DNA of 63,437 nucleotides, filler included, from Octopus bimaculoides (GCF_001194135.2; 7 parts of 6 records of this genome joined end to end with filler, not necessarily neighbours in it); one strand, 5' to 3'; numbered from the whole stretch's first letter, positions 50,408 to 63,437 are shown. Made by a program: numbers and translations. The notes: generated from the sequence alone by a model not told the origin.

Positions 50408-50799
50408 GATACCATTAAAAAATACTTGAGGAATGAGAACCTAAGTTCGAAATTTCCCCAAGTCACCCGATGAAGGCTGGAGGGTATTTCAGCCGAGACG
50501 TTGTGTTAGCAACAAACCAGATGAGGACAAATATCCATCAAATGTAAATATTGTAAATAATGTACATAATTTTCATCTCTTAAATATAGAACTGTGGAAT
50601 CTCTAATTAGAAAAACAGTATGTGTTCATCGTATTTAAAGATGAATTATATCGTACAACACATGAACTGGACACTCTTTATAATAATTCACACAATTTTT
50701 ATTATTCTAGAGAAGGGTAAGTAATTGAAGTAAATCTTCTTAAAATTAATTCTGATTCTATGATCATTAACTCACTATTATAGTTGATGATGGGATGTA

Positions 50800-51960
50800 A
50801 GAATGTGGACTGAAAATTTCATAAGCTATCTATGAGGGATTGATGTGAGAGCTGAAAAATCTTGCAAGCATTAATTTCAGCCCTTCTTATCGATAACTGC
50901 CTCGATAAGAGCCTCTGATATCAGACTCTTAAAATATTCTGAGAGACATGTGGAAGAATTTCTCTTCAAAATCGAAAATAATTGGGCATCGTAGTGTTAT
51001 CAGGTACATGCACAGGAAGTGTTAGCCCAAAACAACATTCGTGCGGACGTTTACCACATTATAGGATGATGCCCCACGTAACAAAAGTGGACAGTTGAAT
51101 TTAAAAGGGGAAGGGAGTGTTTTGAAGATTGCCTAAGGTGTGGATCTTCTACAACTACCATCACCGACAGCAGCGATTGGCATTGAATAAAATTGCATTT
51201 GACCTGAGAATGTTGAAAGGGTTCTTCACAATGAAACTTAGTACGCCGAAGGATTCTCTTTTCGGTTGGTGCTCTGACTTCTGACACCTGATCAAAAGCG
51301 CACCATGGAAATTCTGACACTGTTTGAACCAGATCCAGCTGGGTTTTTGAACGTTTCCAAACTAACGATAAATGTTGGGTTCATGACCTTGAGCCACAGA
51401 TGAAGAGGCAATTCAAATCGTAGAAACAGCCCTCCTCACCTGTTGCAGAGAAGGCCGAGGTCTTATCCTCTGCAGGGAAGATATGGCCTTAATTTTGAAG
51501 ATGGATATAAAAGGCATTTTTTTATTGCGTGTCTTCAAAAGGGTCACACCAACAATGGAGAGTAATATGCTAACGTGCCAGGAAAACTGATGAAAGGGAC
51601 TTGTTCCATCAAAATAATGCTCTTGCACACAAGTGATTGGCTTCAATCGCTGCTCTGCGTGACTGTGGTTTTAAACTTGCTGATCAGGCTCCCTAAGTTT
51701 TTCAGTTGACTCCATCTGACTATCATCTGTTCCTTATTATCAAAAAACACTTGACTAGGAATCACTATCGTAATCATGATGTCATCACATCTGCTTGTTG
51801 ACCTTTTCTGACCAACAGGATGAAAGCTTTTTAAGCAATGAGATCTAAACATTGCAACACCTAATGAAGAATTGTGTGAAACACAAAAAGGACTATGTTG
51901 AAAAATAAATCTCATTTGGTCACATTGCATGAGAGTATTTAGGTCAGCCTATGAACCAGT
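50800..51960 (+). mobile_element. Decayed mariner transposon (DD34D transposase pseudogene)
   Basis: KWTVEFKRGRE, LLTPDQKRT, LFEPDPAGFL, LQKGHT.NGE, FHQNNALAH, TPSDYHLF..KKHL and DYVEK* across frameshifts. TIR-like ctgaaaatttcataagct (left) and tcagcctatgaac (right). Confidence 0.85.
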
Positions 51961-52724
51961 CTATGCTGGTGCTGTATTGTACTAATTGTATTTTTACAGC
52001 ATGAAGAAAACGCGTAGTCTGCAGCGAATTATAGATACATAAAAATAAACAGTGCGTAAGAAAGTTAAATGACAAAGCAAGGCAAAAGTATTCATCGTGC
52101 CATACTTAATGATGAGTACAATGCAAAGTTCACTTTCTAAAACACTACTTCGCCTAGATTTCGAAAATTAGATTTAATCATGAAATGAATTTCAAGATTT
52201 GGCAATACTTATAATGATAATATATCTATTGAATTAATATTAACTTCCTAAAACAACAAATCCATTTTATGTAAGCAGCTTCATTTCAAGTCATTAATTC
52301 CTCTATATATTTGTAAAGTAGATTAGCAACCAAGTTTGTCAATGATTTGCATGAACATTTAAAGTTTCCCTTTGTAAAATAATTCATTGATATATTTTAA
52401 CTATNNNNNNNNNNNNNNNNNNNNNNNNNNNNNNNNNNNNNNNNNNNNTTAATTAATTAANNNNNNNNNNNNNNNNNNNNNNNNNNNNNNNNNNNNNNNN
52501 NNNNTATATATATATATATATATATTAAGAAATTTATCTATACTAATTATTGCGGTATTTACCGTTAAATTAGCAGTTCGTACATGTGCTTCTATTTGGT
52601 TCATTTGTTTATATTTGGTTAATTTATACTGCATACAAAAGTAAAGACATACAACTGCTTACAAAAATAAAGATAAATGCATAATTTCTATGTTCATAAT
52701 TTTTTATTTACATTATTGAAAAGT

Positions 52725-53265
52725 ATGCCACCAGAGAAAAGACGTAATCTCTCCAGAGACAAGTATAAAGCAAGGAGGATTATAGAAAACCGAAGGCGAG
52801 AGTCTCAACAGAGAAAGTATATGAGACTTTATTATGATCGACAAATGCATGCTGCAGCACGTAAGATGGAGTCTCAATACAGAAGAGAGATGAGACTTTC
52901 TCAAGATCAGCAAACGCATTCTACAGCACATGAAATAGTCTTCATACAGAAGGGAGATGAGACTTTTCCGAGCTCAGCAAAGGCATACTGCAGCACGTCA
53001 AATGGAGTTTCAAGACAAAAGCAAGATGAAACTTTCTCAAGATCGGCAAATGCACGCTGCAGCATATAAGATGGAGCCTCAATATAGAAGAGAGATGAGA
53101 CTTTCCCAAGATCAGTAAAGGTTGCGACAGCACTTAATGCTGAATCATTAAAACAACGTTTTAATGATTAGACAGAAGTCCAATAGAATTACTCTCAGTA
53201 ACAGAACGCGTACAAATTCGTTCTACACAACTCCTGGAGCTGCTTTAAGATATGATCCATGGATC
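52725..53265 (+). mobile_element. Helitron ORF N-terminal fragment with ~69-bp (23-aa) tandem repeats
   Basis: MPPEKRRNLSRDKYKARR then repeats of the HAAARKMESQYRREMRLSQDQQT type, followed by AALRYDP. This is the usual architecture of Helitron RepHel N-termini. Cut off by a SINE at 53270. Confidence 0.7.
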
Positions 53266-53269
53266 ATAT

Positions 53270-53398
53270 GCTGGTGTGTTTACGTCCCCATCACTTAGTG
53301 GTTCGGCCAAAGAGACCGGTAGAATAAGTACTAGGCTTACAAAGAATAAGTCCTGGGTCGATTTGCTCGACTAATGGCGGTGCTCCAGAGTAAAAGAT
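53270..53398 (+). mobile_element. SINE family A 3' half, truncating the Helitron fragment
   Basis: gctggtgtgtttacgtcccc..ttagtggttcggccaaagagaccggtagaataagtactaggcttacaaagaataagtcctggg. Confidence 0.85.
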
Positions 53399-53959
53399 TT
53401 AAAAAATTATGTACATACACGCGCGCACACACACACACACACACACGTACTCACTCAGCTCCTATACACAGGACAATCTACGCAATGTTTTCTATATCTC
53501 CCGAAACTGTGGGACCAGTAATAAATAATATATAAATGCGTAATGCTGTGTATTATTGCGGATGGTCGTGAAAGGCGAACACATGACCTTACAGTTGTCT
53601 ATGGAATCCCTATTCATCCCGAGATGAAATAAGCACTATGATCGATAAAATATATTACTGAAAACCAAGGTCGATGTTATCGATTATAGCTTCATCCGCC
53701 TTAATTAGCGTGGCCTAATAATTAACTAATTAAGGACTTCACTTGCTGTCGTGTATGACCCATGGCATGGAATCGGCATGTGAAATCCCTCTTGCACGTT
53801 CTTTCCTCGCTCTTCTACATCGATATATTGCTAACCTCTCTCTCTCTCTCTCTCTGTCGTTCTATCTCGCTTGCTTTCTTTCTGTGTTTCTGCCTGTCTA
53901 TCTGTCTGTTTGTCTGTCTTTCTCACTTTCTCTCTGTTTCTCTGGTTGCTTTGCTGCAT

Positions 53960-54140
53960 TTCTATGTGTGTGAGTGTGTGTATGTGAGTGTGTGTATGTG
54001 AGTGTGTGTATGTGAGTGTGTGTATGTGAGTGTGTGTATGTGAGTGTGTGTATGTGAGTGTGTGTATGTGAGTGTGTGTATGTGAGTGTGTGTGAGTGTG
54101 TGTATGTGAGTGTGTGTATGTGAGTGTGTGTGATTGTGTG
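53960..54140. repeat. 14-bp minisatellite (tgtgagtgtgtgta)n
   Basis: Direct reading; about a dozen units. Confidence 0.9.
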
Positions 54141-54219
54141 TGTGCCTTTCTGCTAATCTGTCTCTGTCTATTTTTCTGCCTCTTTTTTTTGTCAGTCTGT
54201 CTTTGTAACTCTTTCTCTC

Positions 54220-54257
<38 letters not shown>

Positions 54258-54262
54258 AATCA

Positions 54263-54306
<44 letters not shown>

Positions 54307-54315
54307 CTATCTATC

Positions 54316-54346
<31 letters not shown>

Positions 54347-55620
54347 CTATCTATCATCTATCACTTCTATCTCCGAGCGAAACTCTCATTAGCACAGAGA
54401 TTCTCCAGACATTAAAGTCATTTAGACGTCCAAGTTTGCAAGACCACCCATCCATTTAGAACGCCAGTCTGCAGAATGTTTGCGCAGCAGATATTTCTAG
54501 AACTCATTATTAACTGACTGGATCGGAGAAAGCTGAATTCCAGTACGTTAATCAAAGTCACAACGCAACGCCGTGACCGAGAATCGAACCATGATCCTAC
54601 GAATCATAAGAGCTACAACCTTACCATTAGGCTACATGAATTCCTTTTGTAATGAGTTTGTTCATTAATCCAGGCGTCCATGTAATTGCGACCAGAAACA
54701 AGCACCGTCTCGGTGATGGTGTGCAGCATTTTGACACAACCATCTTGGGAGATACTTCTTTGACGCAACTGATTCGACGCTGACCTATTTGACCGAGGAC
54801 GTTTTATTGTTTTCTCCCATTTTAATCTTTGTATCGTTCTCTATCTAGCATTCTCTGTCTCTCTTTTTCTGATCTTTCTCTCAGATTTTCTCTTTTTTTC
54901 TCTCTCTTTCTCTTTACGTGTGTGTGCATCTTTCTCTCTAAGCGAAAGCTCTTTATGATAATGATGGCCAATTAACAAATTGCAATGCATCTCTCAGTTT
55001 CTCTTCTTCTCTCTCCTTGCTCCTCTCTTTCTCCTTCTCCCTTACTTCTTCTCCTTCTCCTGCACTTCTGCCTCTCTCCATCTTCCTCTCTCTTTTGCCC
55101 TCTCCCCTCTCCCCTCTAGCATCTTCTTTGTGTCTTACTTCTCCTCCTCTCTCTATCTCTACTTTTCTGTCTCTTTCTCTGCGTTTATGCCTATGACCGT
55201 ATTTCTATACATGTCCTAGAGGAGAGCAGGAAGTTTGTATGAGAATCCTCATCAACCTATAAATTGTAAGCCTTCTCTCTCACTCACTCTCTTTCTCTCT
55301 CACTCACTCTCTTTCTCTCTCACTCACTCTGTTTCTCAATCTATCCGTATATGTGTATCGCTGCGCAGGCGCGCATGTGTCTGTCTTCAACGAGTATGTC
55401 ACTAAAGAATGTTGAATATCCAGCCGGTCTAACCAAACCATTAGCGTCGAGGCAGCTGCAGCAAATCGTTCCATTTTTGTCGGTCCTCTCGCACTTGAGT
55501 CAGAAAAATATCGTGGATAAAGCAACTGGAGGGAAACAAAAGCCCCAATTGAAAATTGTGCGGGATTTGAACGCAGAGCATTAAGTACCATGAACTTCGA
55601 AACACATCCGTTTAGAAGTT

Positions 55621-55671
55621 CAACCGATTCAACTAATCAACCGATTCAACTAATCAACCGATTCAACTAAC
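55621..55671. repeat. 17-bp tandem repeat x3 (caaccgattcaactaat)
   Basis: Direct reading of the sequence. Confidence 0.9.
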
Positions 55672-56550
55672 CAAGAGCATTTGTCGCCTTGAAATTATGA
55701 AATTCATAATATATCGATCTTCAGTTGTAGTATAATAATATGATTGTACAGAATTCAGCAAAGATAAAAAGCAAATTCTAAACAAGACGAAAAGAAAATT
55801 TAAAACTGGCAGGATTTGAACGCGGAACGTAAAGTGCTACTGCACACTTTATGTTAATGGCCTAACGTTTTAGGTAATCATCAGTAGTTGTCGCCTAGAA
55901 TTTATAATCTTATCATTTATCGATGTGCGAATTTAGTGTAATAAAGTAACAGCAGAGAATTCATCAGCAATGAGATATGGTGACACAGATATAAACATAA
56001 TTGGAGTGAAAAAGTGTATGGGTTCGCATGGGATCGAGTGACACATATTTGACTTTGGTTACGAAGAAGAACAAACCTATGATTTTTTTTAACGATAATA
56101 ACAGGAGGTTCCTTTTTGCTGATCGCTGATATACGAATCTTCGAAGACGCACTTGAGATTATTTCAAGTGATGTCTTAAAATGTATGTACGGGAAAACTG
56201 TAAACCAATTAGAGCGGGGTTCGTTATACTCTATCTGGTGATACACGGTGCACTACTATTAATATTACACGAGACTTAACCCTCTATATCAAAGTCTCAC
56301 TGTGAACTGCTTGCCAACTTCAGGCAGCCATGTTTTACGGTTCACACTAAAATGTAACGTTAATTTGAGTTATCCATACACAAACACACACACACTATAT
56401 GTATATACATGTCTATACATACACACACACATATACATACTCAACACACACATGCACACATACTCATATGTGCACGCACATATATACATGCACACACAGA
56501 CGCACAAATAAATGTTTATGCATGTATGTATGTACATGAGTATGTATATC

Positions 56551-56590
<40 letters not shown>

Positions 56591-57135
56591 NNNNNNNNNN
56601 NNNNNNNNNNNNNNNNNNNNNNNNNNNNNNNNNNNNNNNNNNNNNNNNNNNNNNNNNNNNNNNNNNNNNNNNNNNNNNNNNNNNNNNNNNNNNNNNNNNN
56701 NNNNNNNNNNNNNNNNNNNNNNNNNNNNNNNNNNNNNNNNNNNNNNNNNNNNNNNNNNNNNNNNNNNNNNNNNNNNNNNNNNNNNNNNNNNNNNNNNNNN
56801 NNNNNNNNNNNNNNNNNNNNNNNNNNNNNNNNNNNNNNNNNNNNNNNNNNNNNNNNNNNNNNNNNNNNNNNNNNNNNNNNNNNNNNNNNNNNNNNNNNNN
56901 NNNNNNNNNNNNNNNNNNNNNNNNNNNNNNNNNNNNNNNNNNNNNNNNNNNNNNNNNNNNNNNNNNNNNNNNNNNNNNNNNNNNNNNNNNNNNNNNNNNN
57001 NNNNNNNNNNNNNNNNNNNNNNNNNNNNNNNATATATATATATACATAACTCGAAAGAAGACGGAAATAAGAACAATTGAGGTTTCTGGGTGAGGATTGG
57101 AACTGCTCGTCTAAAACAAAGCAGCAAGACCGTAA

Positions 57136-57139
<4 letters not shown>

Positions 57140-57226
<87 letters not shown>

Positions 57227-57275
57227 CGACGACGATGACGACGATGATGATAACCATGATGATGATGATGATGAT
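57140..57275. repeat. (AAT)n-(GAT)n-(GAC)n compound microsatellite
   Basis: Direct reading; explains the poly-N/D/I/S/L ORFs. Confidence 0.95.
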
Positions 57276-58643
57276 AACACGAAAGGATGGGTGAACGCTG
57301 AGTAAACTATATTTAAATGAAGCACATTCCTGCGTTTTGTTTTTAAACAATTAAAACAAAATAAAAATCGTTCTTTCGATAAAACAGAGGCTTTGATTGC
57401 TGTGAATTCAACATGTAAGAAAGAAAATACATTAAATAAAATAGAGATAATGTGTGAAGAATAACAGAAAGACACAAATTCGAGAATATATGTTTAAATT
57501 GATGAAGAAAATAAGGAAGTGTTAATGTATTCGAAAAGTTATTTTGAAACGGTGAGAGCATTAATGCTAAATCTACTACTACTACTACTACTAAAACTAC
57601 TACTACTACTACTGGTGGTGGTGGTGCTGCTGCTACTGTCACTACTGCTGCTGCTGCTGCTGCTGCTGCTACACAGAAATACAGAAACACACACAGAAAC
57701 ACAGAAACACACACACATATATACCTACGTGGCATATAATATATATTCTTTTGCTATGATCATCTGGCGAATTTAATAATATATGGTACACGGTTATGAA
57801 ACTCCAAAAGTATCCTGTATATCAGTAACTACTAAATTTTGCCTTGGGAACAGATTCTCGAAGCAATTAAGAAGCATTTCCTAATTTGTACTATTTGTTA
57901 AGTTCTCACAAGTCGTCCGTTGTTTTAAACAAACTCAATGCCATGTTATACCTATAAAATTTTCTAAAGCCTAATCAGAACAGCAATACTTCCTCGTGAA
58001 AATAACCTGAGCTACAGTAAGTACGACCACTCGAAGGTACCGAACAGTCTGGCGATCCTCATAATGTCCATTTTTGACAGATATGCGTGGTTACTTCGGG
58101 AATCAACACGGATATCAGATAGGAAAATCTGATTTTCAATTTATTGAGATACCAATATATGCACATCGTGGTTTATGAATTTATACGCATTTTTACATAC
58201 GTGCCTTTATAAGCGTATATATATATATATATATATCCGAATAGTTACCGTAGCGTACATACCATTTATTTGCCTCATATATATATATATATATATATAT
58301 GACATGGCAAATATCGTATTTCTCCTTAGATTGAAAAATGATCAATGTACTTAATCGATTTTCGAACCTTATTGGGTTCTCATCACTAGTGTGTATATCA
58401 CCTGTATCCATACGTATTTGTGTCTATGAGAACACAATCGCATGCGCGCTCGTATTTGCATGTGTGTATTAACTTCCATACATATATACGCATGAGCGCA
58501 TTGTTACATTAATAAAGGTATCAGCATGTATATTTGTGACATCTATGCGCGGAGTTATTGTCGGCCTTTGATTATATAAGCTGGACTCTTATCCCTATAT
58601 AATGCAAAGTATTACATATATTCGTGTGTATATCTGTTCCCAT

Positions 58644-58705
<62 letters not shown>

Positions 58706-59679
58706 TCGCGAATGTGCAAATATATGTCTGTGAAGAAACATACGTATACTAAGTCACTGAAGACTGCATGTATGTACACTATATGTTACAATAAATTTAC
58801 ATTATATATACACATGCAACATTAATACACATCTACAACTAAGGAGCTAAACATTACGTAGAACTCATATCTGAGTCAAGGGGTTTTCCTGTAAATCAAG
58901 CCATCGAATTTGAAAGATTTTATCCTATTTTCCTGTATATATATCTAAATTATCGCATCTGTACCTAACGTATATGATTACATGAAACTTAACAATATTA
59001 ATAAAGTCTCAACTAATTTCTGAAACTAAACATTAGCAATTTAAAAGGACTGTAATTACCTTATATTGAAATTAGGACAATCTTGAAACCTAACTGATTT
59101 CAACAGATATTTGAGCACAAACCCCGGAATATGTTCTATTTGTAAAATTTCAGGCACCTGTGCTCCTACACAAATCTAACTCCAATCTTTTGTTTCCGCA
59201 TGCATATTCGATGAAAGCCATAAAATAACATACAAATATAAAATGATTTCTCATGTTTAATGTAACTAAGTTAATAGCCGCCAACCAACTGGTTCCGATA
59301 TAGCTTTTACTATCAAACAAATTCTTCTGTCTGTTCCATTCTATAAATATTTGAATGATTCCTCTCCTTTTCTTGAATCTGTCTATTATTATTTTATCAG
59401 GCCTTTCTTCATAAAAACTCTATTTACGGTCATCTAATATCACTATCTTTCTAGATATGCTTATATAACTCACAATTAAGTTGCACCTTCTTTTCACCAT
59501 TAATTACTCTACACAAAAATAAAGAAAAAAATTGGAACCTGCAAAAGAGGAGACCCCGCCTTCTGTCGCAGTATGTANNNNNNNNNNNNNNNNNNNNNNN
59601 NNNNNNNNNNNNNNNNNNNNNTTAATTAATTAANNNNNNNNNNNNNNNNNNNNNNNNNNNNNNNNNNNNNNNNNNNNTT

Positions 59680-59830
59680 ACATCGACCTCAAGTCTAAAA
59701 TGGTACTTATTTCATCGATGAATGAAAAGCAAAGTCGACTTTGGCAGAATTTATTCTCAGAACGTAAAGACGGACGAAATGCCGCTAAGCATTTTGTCCA
59801 GAGTGCTAACAATTGTGCCAGCTCGCCGGC
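59680..59830 (-). mobile_element. SINE family B, best-preserved copy
   Basis: Minus strand gccggcgagctggcacaattgttagcactctggacaaaatgcttagcggcatttcgtccgtctttacgttctgagaataaattctgccaaagtcgactttgcttttcat..atcgatgaaataagtacc. A/B boxes are followed by a Meta-like gcctttcat..gataaaataagtacc core. Confidence 0.75.
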
Positions 59831-60261
59831 TAAACCCTGTCTATTTAATATTACCATTCAATTCATATGATAATTTAATTAATTTAAGGTGTATTGGATT
59901 TCAGAAGAGCTCTCGTTACTAAATCAATCTCAGTCGTTCATACAGTAGAAGAAAATATACTACTATAGTAATAAAGTATTTAGCATGAAGCCGCTAAAAG
60001 TGCGAGTCATGGAGTGTATATTACTGTTACTACTGGGTTAATCCGGGACTGTTGCTGGAGGCAGCCACAGTGCTCAGTTTACATTGTTCACAGTTGCCCA
60101 CAGTACTAGTTTATAGGCTTCCAACGTTGTACTCAAGAAAACAATGTTTGCTATTTGCCTACATAATGTTGCGCTGTAAATATGTTTGCATACCAGAAAA
60201 CCAGATCTGTTATTCCGTGAGAAATAGGACACAGACTTGAATAAATTATTTCAGAGTGTCA

Positions 60262-60590
60262 TGGCTGTGTTGTTAAAAGCTTGCTTTGCCACAACTTGGT
60301 TTCAGGTTTTATCTGTCCCACAGCGCAGCACCTTGCCTCGTGAATGAATTTGCTAGATTGAAATTGTATGGAAGCTCGTCCTATATATGTGCGTGTGTAT
60401 GTATCTTTGTGTTTGTCCCTAACCACCGTTTGACAACTGATTTTGGTTTGTTTACTTCCTGTAACTTAACGGATCAGTAAAAATGGCCCTGATAGGTTTA
60501 AAAGAAAGTACTGGAGTCAGTTTGTTCGACTAATCCCTCCAAGGCAGTGCCTCAGCATAACCGCAACCCAATGACTCAAACAAGTAACAG
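60262..60590 (+). mobile_element. SINE family A, diverged copy
   Basis: gtcatggctgtgttgttaaaagcttgctt..gcaccttg..gtttgtttacttcctgtaacttaacgg..aaggcagtgcctcagcataaccgca. Confidence 0.7.
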
Positions 60591-61174
60591 ATGAAAAATA
60601 CTATGGACCTATGAACTTAGGAAATAGTTCCCAAGCACTTATTGCTGGAAACCCTGTCGAAATATTTAACTTTTGACTTCCATTACACACGTTACATACA
60701 ATATGTTACTATTTTTTTTCTCTATGGAAAAAAATTAAATTTTTTTCTGGAGGTCAATAGTTTCACTGATTTAAATGTTATGCAAACAAAATATCATGGG
60801 AAATGAAAATACCCATGATCAGCTGATGCAAAATTTGTAGCTAATTTACAATGGTGGTTTTAAGTCTAAATTCGTCCCTAAATACATAAACGCTCTTGCT
60901 TACAATTCGTAATGTTTGTGCAGTAACCTTGACGAAGAACAAAAATATCTGATCTAAATTCAGTCTATATACCCTGTCTGTTGCTGCACAATAAAAAAAT
61001 ATGCAATACTTTCCAAAAGTTCAGCATTTGAGTGGATTCATTGTTGTCGAAATACCAGCGAAAGAGCATTGTCTCTTAGAGACCAGGATTGTCTTCCTAA
61101 TGAATGAAAGCCAATTAAGTAAAGAAAAAAGAGAAAACGATATATCGTAAACACATGACATCTGTGTGTGTGTG

Positions 61175-61206
<32 letters not shown>

Positions 61207-61306
61207 NNNNNNNNNNNNNNNNNNNNNNNNNNNNNNNNNNNNNNNNNNNNTTAATTAATTAANNNNNNNNNNNNNNNNNNNNNNNNNNNNNNNNNNNNNN
61301 NNNNNN

Positions 61307-61510
61307 AAAAAGACGAAGACAGGTGGTGTAGAAAACAAACAGATGTATAAATATAACGCTTGGGGAGTGAAAAACTCTTTAACGTTTCGAGCCTACGCTC
61401 TGCCACGTAAAGGAATACAGAAAGAAACAAGCAGAGAAACACGGACGGAGAGAATAAAGAGAATGTGTACTGGCTAGCGATATATCATGGCGAATGCCGG
61501 ACAGAAGGGT
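61307..61510 (-). mobile_element. Solo pLTR-like end of the 12285 Penelope-like family
   Basis: aaaagacgaagacaggtg..tttcgagcctacgctct..ggctagcgat.tatcatggcgaa.gccggacaga aligns with 12285-12480. Confidence 0.75.
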
Positions 61511-61595
61511 AACAGAAGGGTTATCTATATGAGAGTGTGTGTGTGTATTTTGAATAAAGAAAACAAGTGATGAAATGTTATATTGAATTGAAATT

Positions 61596-62925
61596 TAATC
61601 ATCAATGTACTTTCTCTGATTATCTATGAATTCCTTTCATCTATTTACAAGCTTTTTAAATCCCATCAATGTAAAATTCTTTTAGTTTCAAACCGAAAAA
61701 CTCTGAAATGTCAGTTTCGACCTCCTCCTGGCTTGTGAAAGTTATGTCCCCAAAATGATTCTGTAAATTCCGAAACAAATGGTAGTCTGCAGGAGCAAGG
61801 TCGAGAGAATAAGGTGGATGAAGAATTTTTTCCCAACCAAGATCTTCGATTTTCTGTAATGTGATCTTTGCAGTGTAAGGTCGCGCATTGTCTTGATGAC
61901 ACATCACTCCCTTTCCATTCTCTTCAAGGCTTGGTTCAAACGTTCTAATTGCTGACAGTAGACTTGAGCATTGATTGTTGCATTAGGTGGTAACAATTGA
62001 AAGTGAGTTACTTCTTTGCAATCCCACCAGATAGAGAGANNNNNNNNNNNNNNNNNNNNNNNNNNNNNNNNNNNNNNNNNNNNNNNNNNNNNNNNNNNNN
62101 NNNNNNNNNNNNNNNNNNNNNNNNNNNNNNNNNNNNNNNNNNNNNNNNNNNNNNNNNNNNNNNNNNNNNNNNNNNNNNNNNNNNNNNNNNNNNNNNNNNN
62201 NNNNNNNNNNNNNNNNNNNNNNNNNNNNNNNNNNNNNNNNNNNNNNNNNNNNNNNNNNNNNNNNNNNNNNNNNNNNNNNNNNNNNNNNNNNNNNNNNNNN
62301 NNNNNNNNNNNNNNNNNNNNNNNNNNNNNNNNNNNNNNNNNNNNNNNNNNNNNNNNNNNNNNNNNNNNNNNNNNNNNNNNNNNNNNNNNNNNNNNNNNNN
62401 NNNNNNNNNNNNNNNNNNNNNNNNNNNNNNNNNNNNNNNNNNNNNNNNNNNNNNNNNNNNNNNNNNNNNNNNNNNNNNNNNNNNNNNNNNNNNNNNNNNN
62501 NNNNNNNNNNNNNNNNNNNNNNNNNNNNNNNNNNNNNNNNNNNNNNNNNNNNNNNNNNNNNNNNNNNNNNNNNNNNNNNNNNNNNNNNNNNNNNNNNNNN
62601 NNNNNNNNNNNNNNNNNNNNNNNNNNNNNNNNNNNNNNNNNNNNNNNNNNNNNNNNNNNTGCCAATTCTTCAACTGATAATGCAGGATTTCCTTCATTTC
62701 TTCAGGTAATGCCTCAAGGAGCTTATCATCAAACTCAACTGGACACCCTGTTCGATTTTCAACTTGAAGACTGAAATCTCCACTTCTGAATTTTGTAATC
62801 CATCTTCTGCAAGTTCTTTCATTCAAGCATTCTTTCCCATAAACCGAGAGTATGTTTCGAGTCGCTTCGGCTGCAGATTTTCATTTTTTTGAACTCATAA
62901 AGCATAATGTGTTCCATGTTAGAAA
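61596..62925 (-). mobile_element. Mariner transposase pseudogene (Mos1/Hsmar-like), middle lost in a gap
   Basis: N-terminus MEHIMLYEFKK..SAAEATRNI..LNERTCRRWITKFRSGDFSL..R.G.P; LSIWWDCKEV.HFQLLPPNATINAQVYCQQLERL; HQDNARPY..LHPPYSLDLAPADYHLF, carrying the catalytic D and YSPDL motifs. Confidence 0.92.
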
Positions 62926-63437
62926 GCGTTTTAATCACAGAAATCTTAAATTCTATAATTCTGTAAAATAATACTTAATTAGTTTAAATGTACATAAATG
63001 CATAAAAATAATTCCATTAGATATTCTAAACTACTATTAAATTCCATTCAATTTTTTTTAAAAAAAGGTAAAATCTAACAAAACTTATATATAACGTATG
63101 TAAAAGGTAAAATCTGACAGAACTTATGTATAACCTATGAAATAAACTGTTCCATTAATATTTACAATAAAATTGTCATCTTAAGTTTAAGTAATACTAG
63201 AAAGAGTGATATTTCAAGCCACAGTCATATATCCTGCAGTTTAAGATCCCTTACCTACAATATACTTTAACTTCGACTGTATAATACTGTTCATTGGAGT
63301 TCGCTTCTGTTTGCTTCACCCACCTGCATTGGTAAAACCTTGAACAAAGCGGCATACGAATGTCTAATTTGGATGAATATGTACAGCAACTGACTCAATT
63401 AAAGGCACTTAAGTGCCACATCAAAGAACACTGGGAC

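Noticed and set aside
55355-55375. NRF1-like motif tgcgcaggcgcgcatg as a promoter
   Set aside because: An isolated motif among SINE remnants and microsatellites, with no adjacent first exon or CpG island evident.

Overview
AT-rich, microsatellite-saturated eukaryotic DNA with many N-gaps. The SINE, LINE and Penelope repertoire is consistent with an Octopus genome (inference, not proven). Six synthetic 100-bp linkers (44N-TTAATTAATTAA-44N) join at least seven separately assembled segments. The only confidently supported host gene is three + strand exons of a TOM1/TOM1L2-family endosomal adaptor (31922-32079, 34512-34620, 36030-36177), all inside one linker-bounded 7.1-kb segment whose repeats show CpG decay (a gene-body methylation footprint). 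The rest is decayed mobile DNA: several Penelope-like (RT/GIY-YIG) fragments, R4/Dong-type and RTE-type LINE fragments, two mariner transposase relics, Helitron fragments, four MITEs and many tRNA-derived SINEs. Most long ORFs in the supplied track are artefacts of N-runs or microsatellites. I found no convincing previously undescribed system. The best leads are structural: a GIY-YIG cassette flanked by inverted repeats, minimal hammerhead-like motifs at Penelope ends, a twin-priming-like inversion in an RTE element, a circularly ordered R4/Dong pair, and the isolated methylation-marked TOM1 segment.
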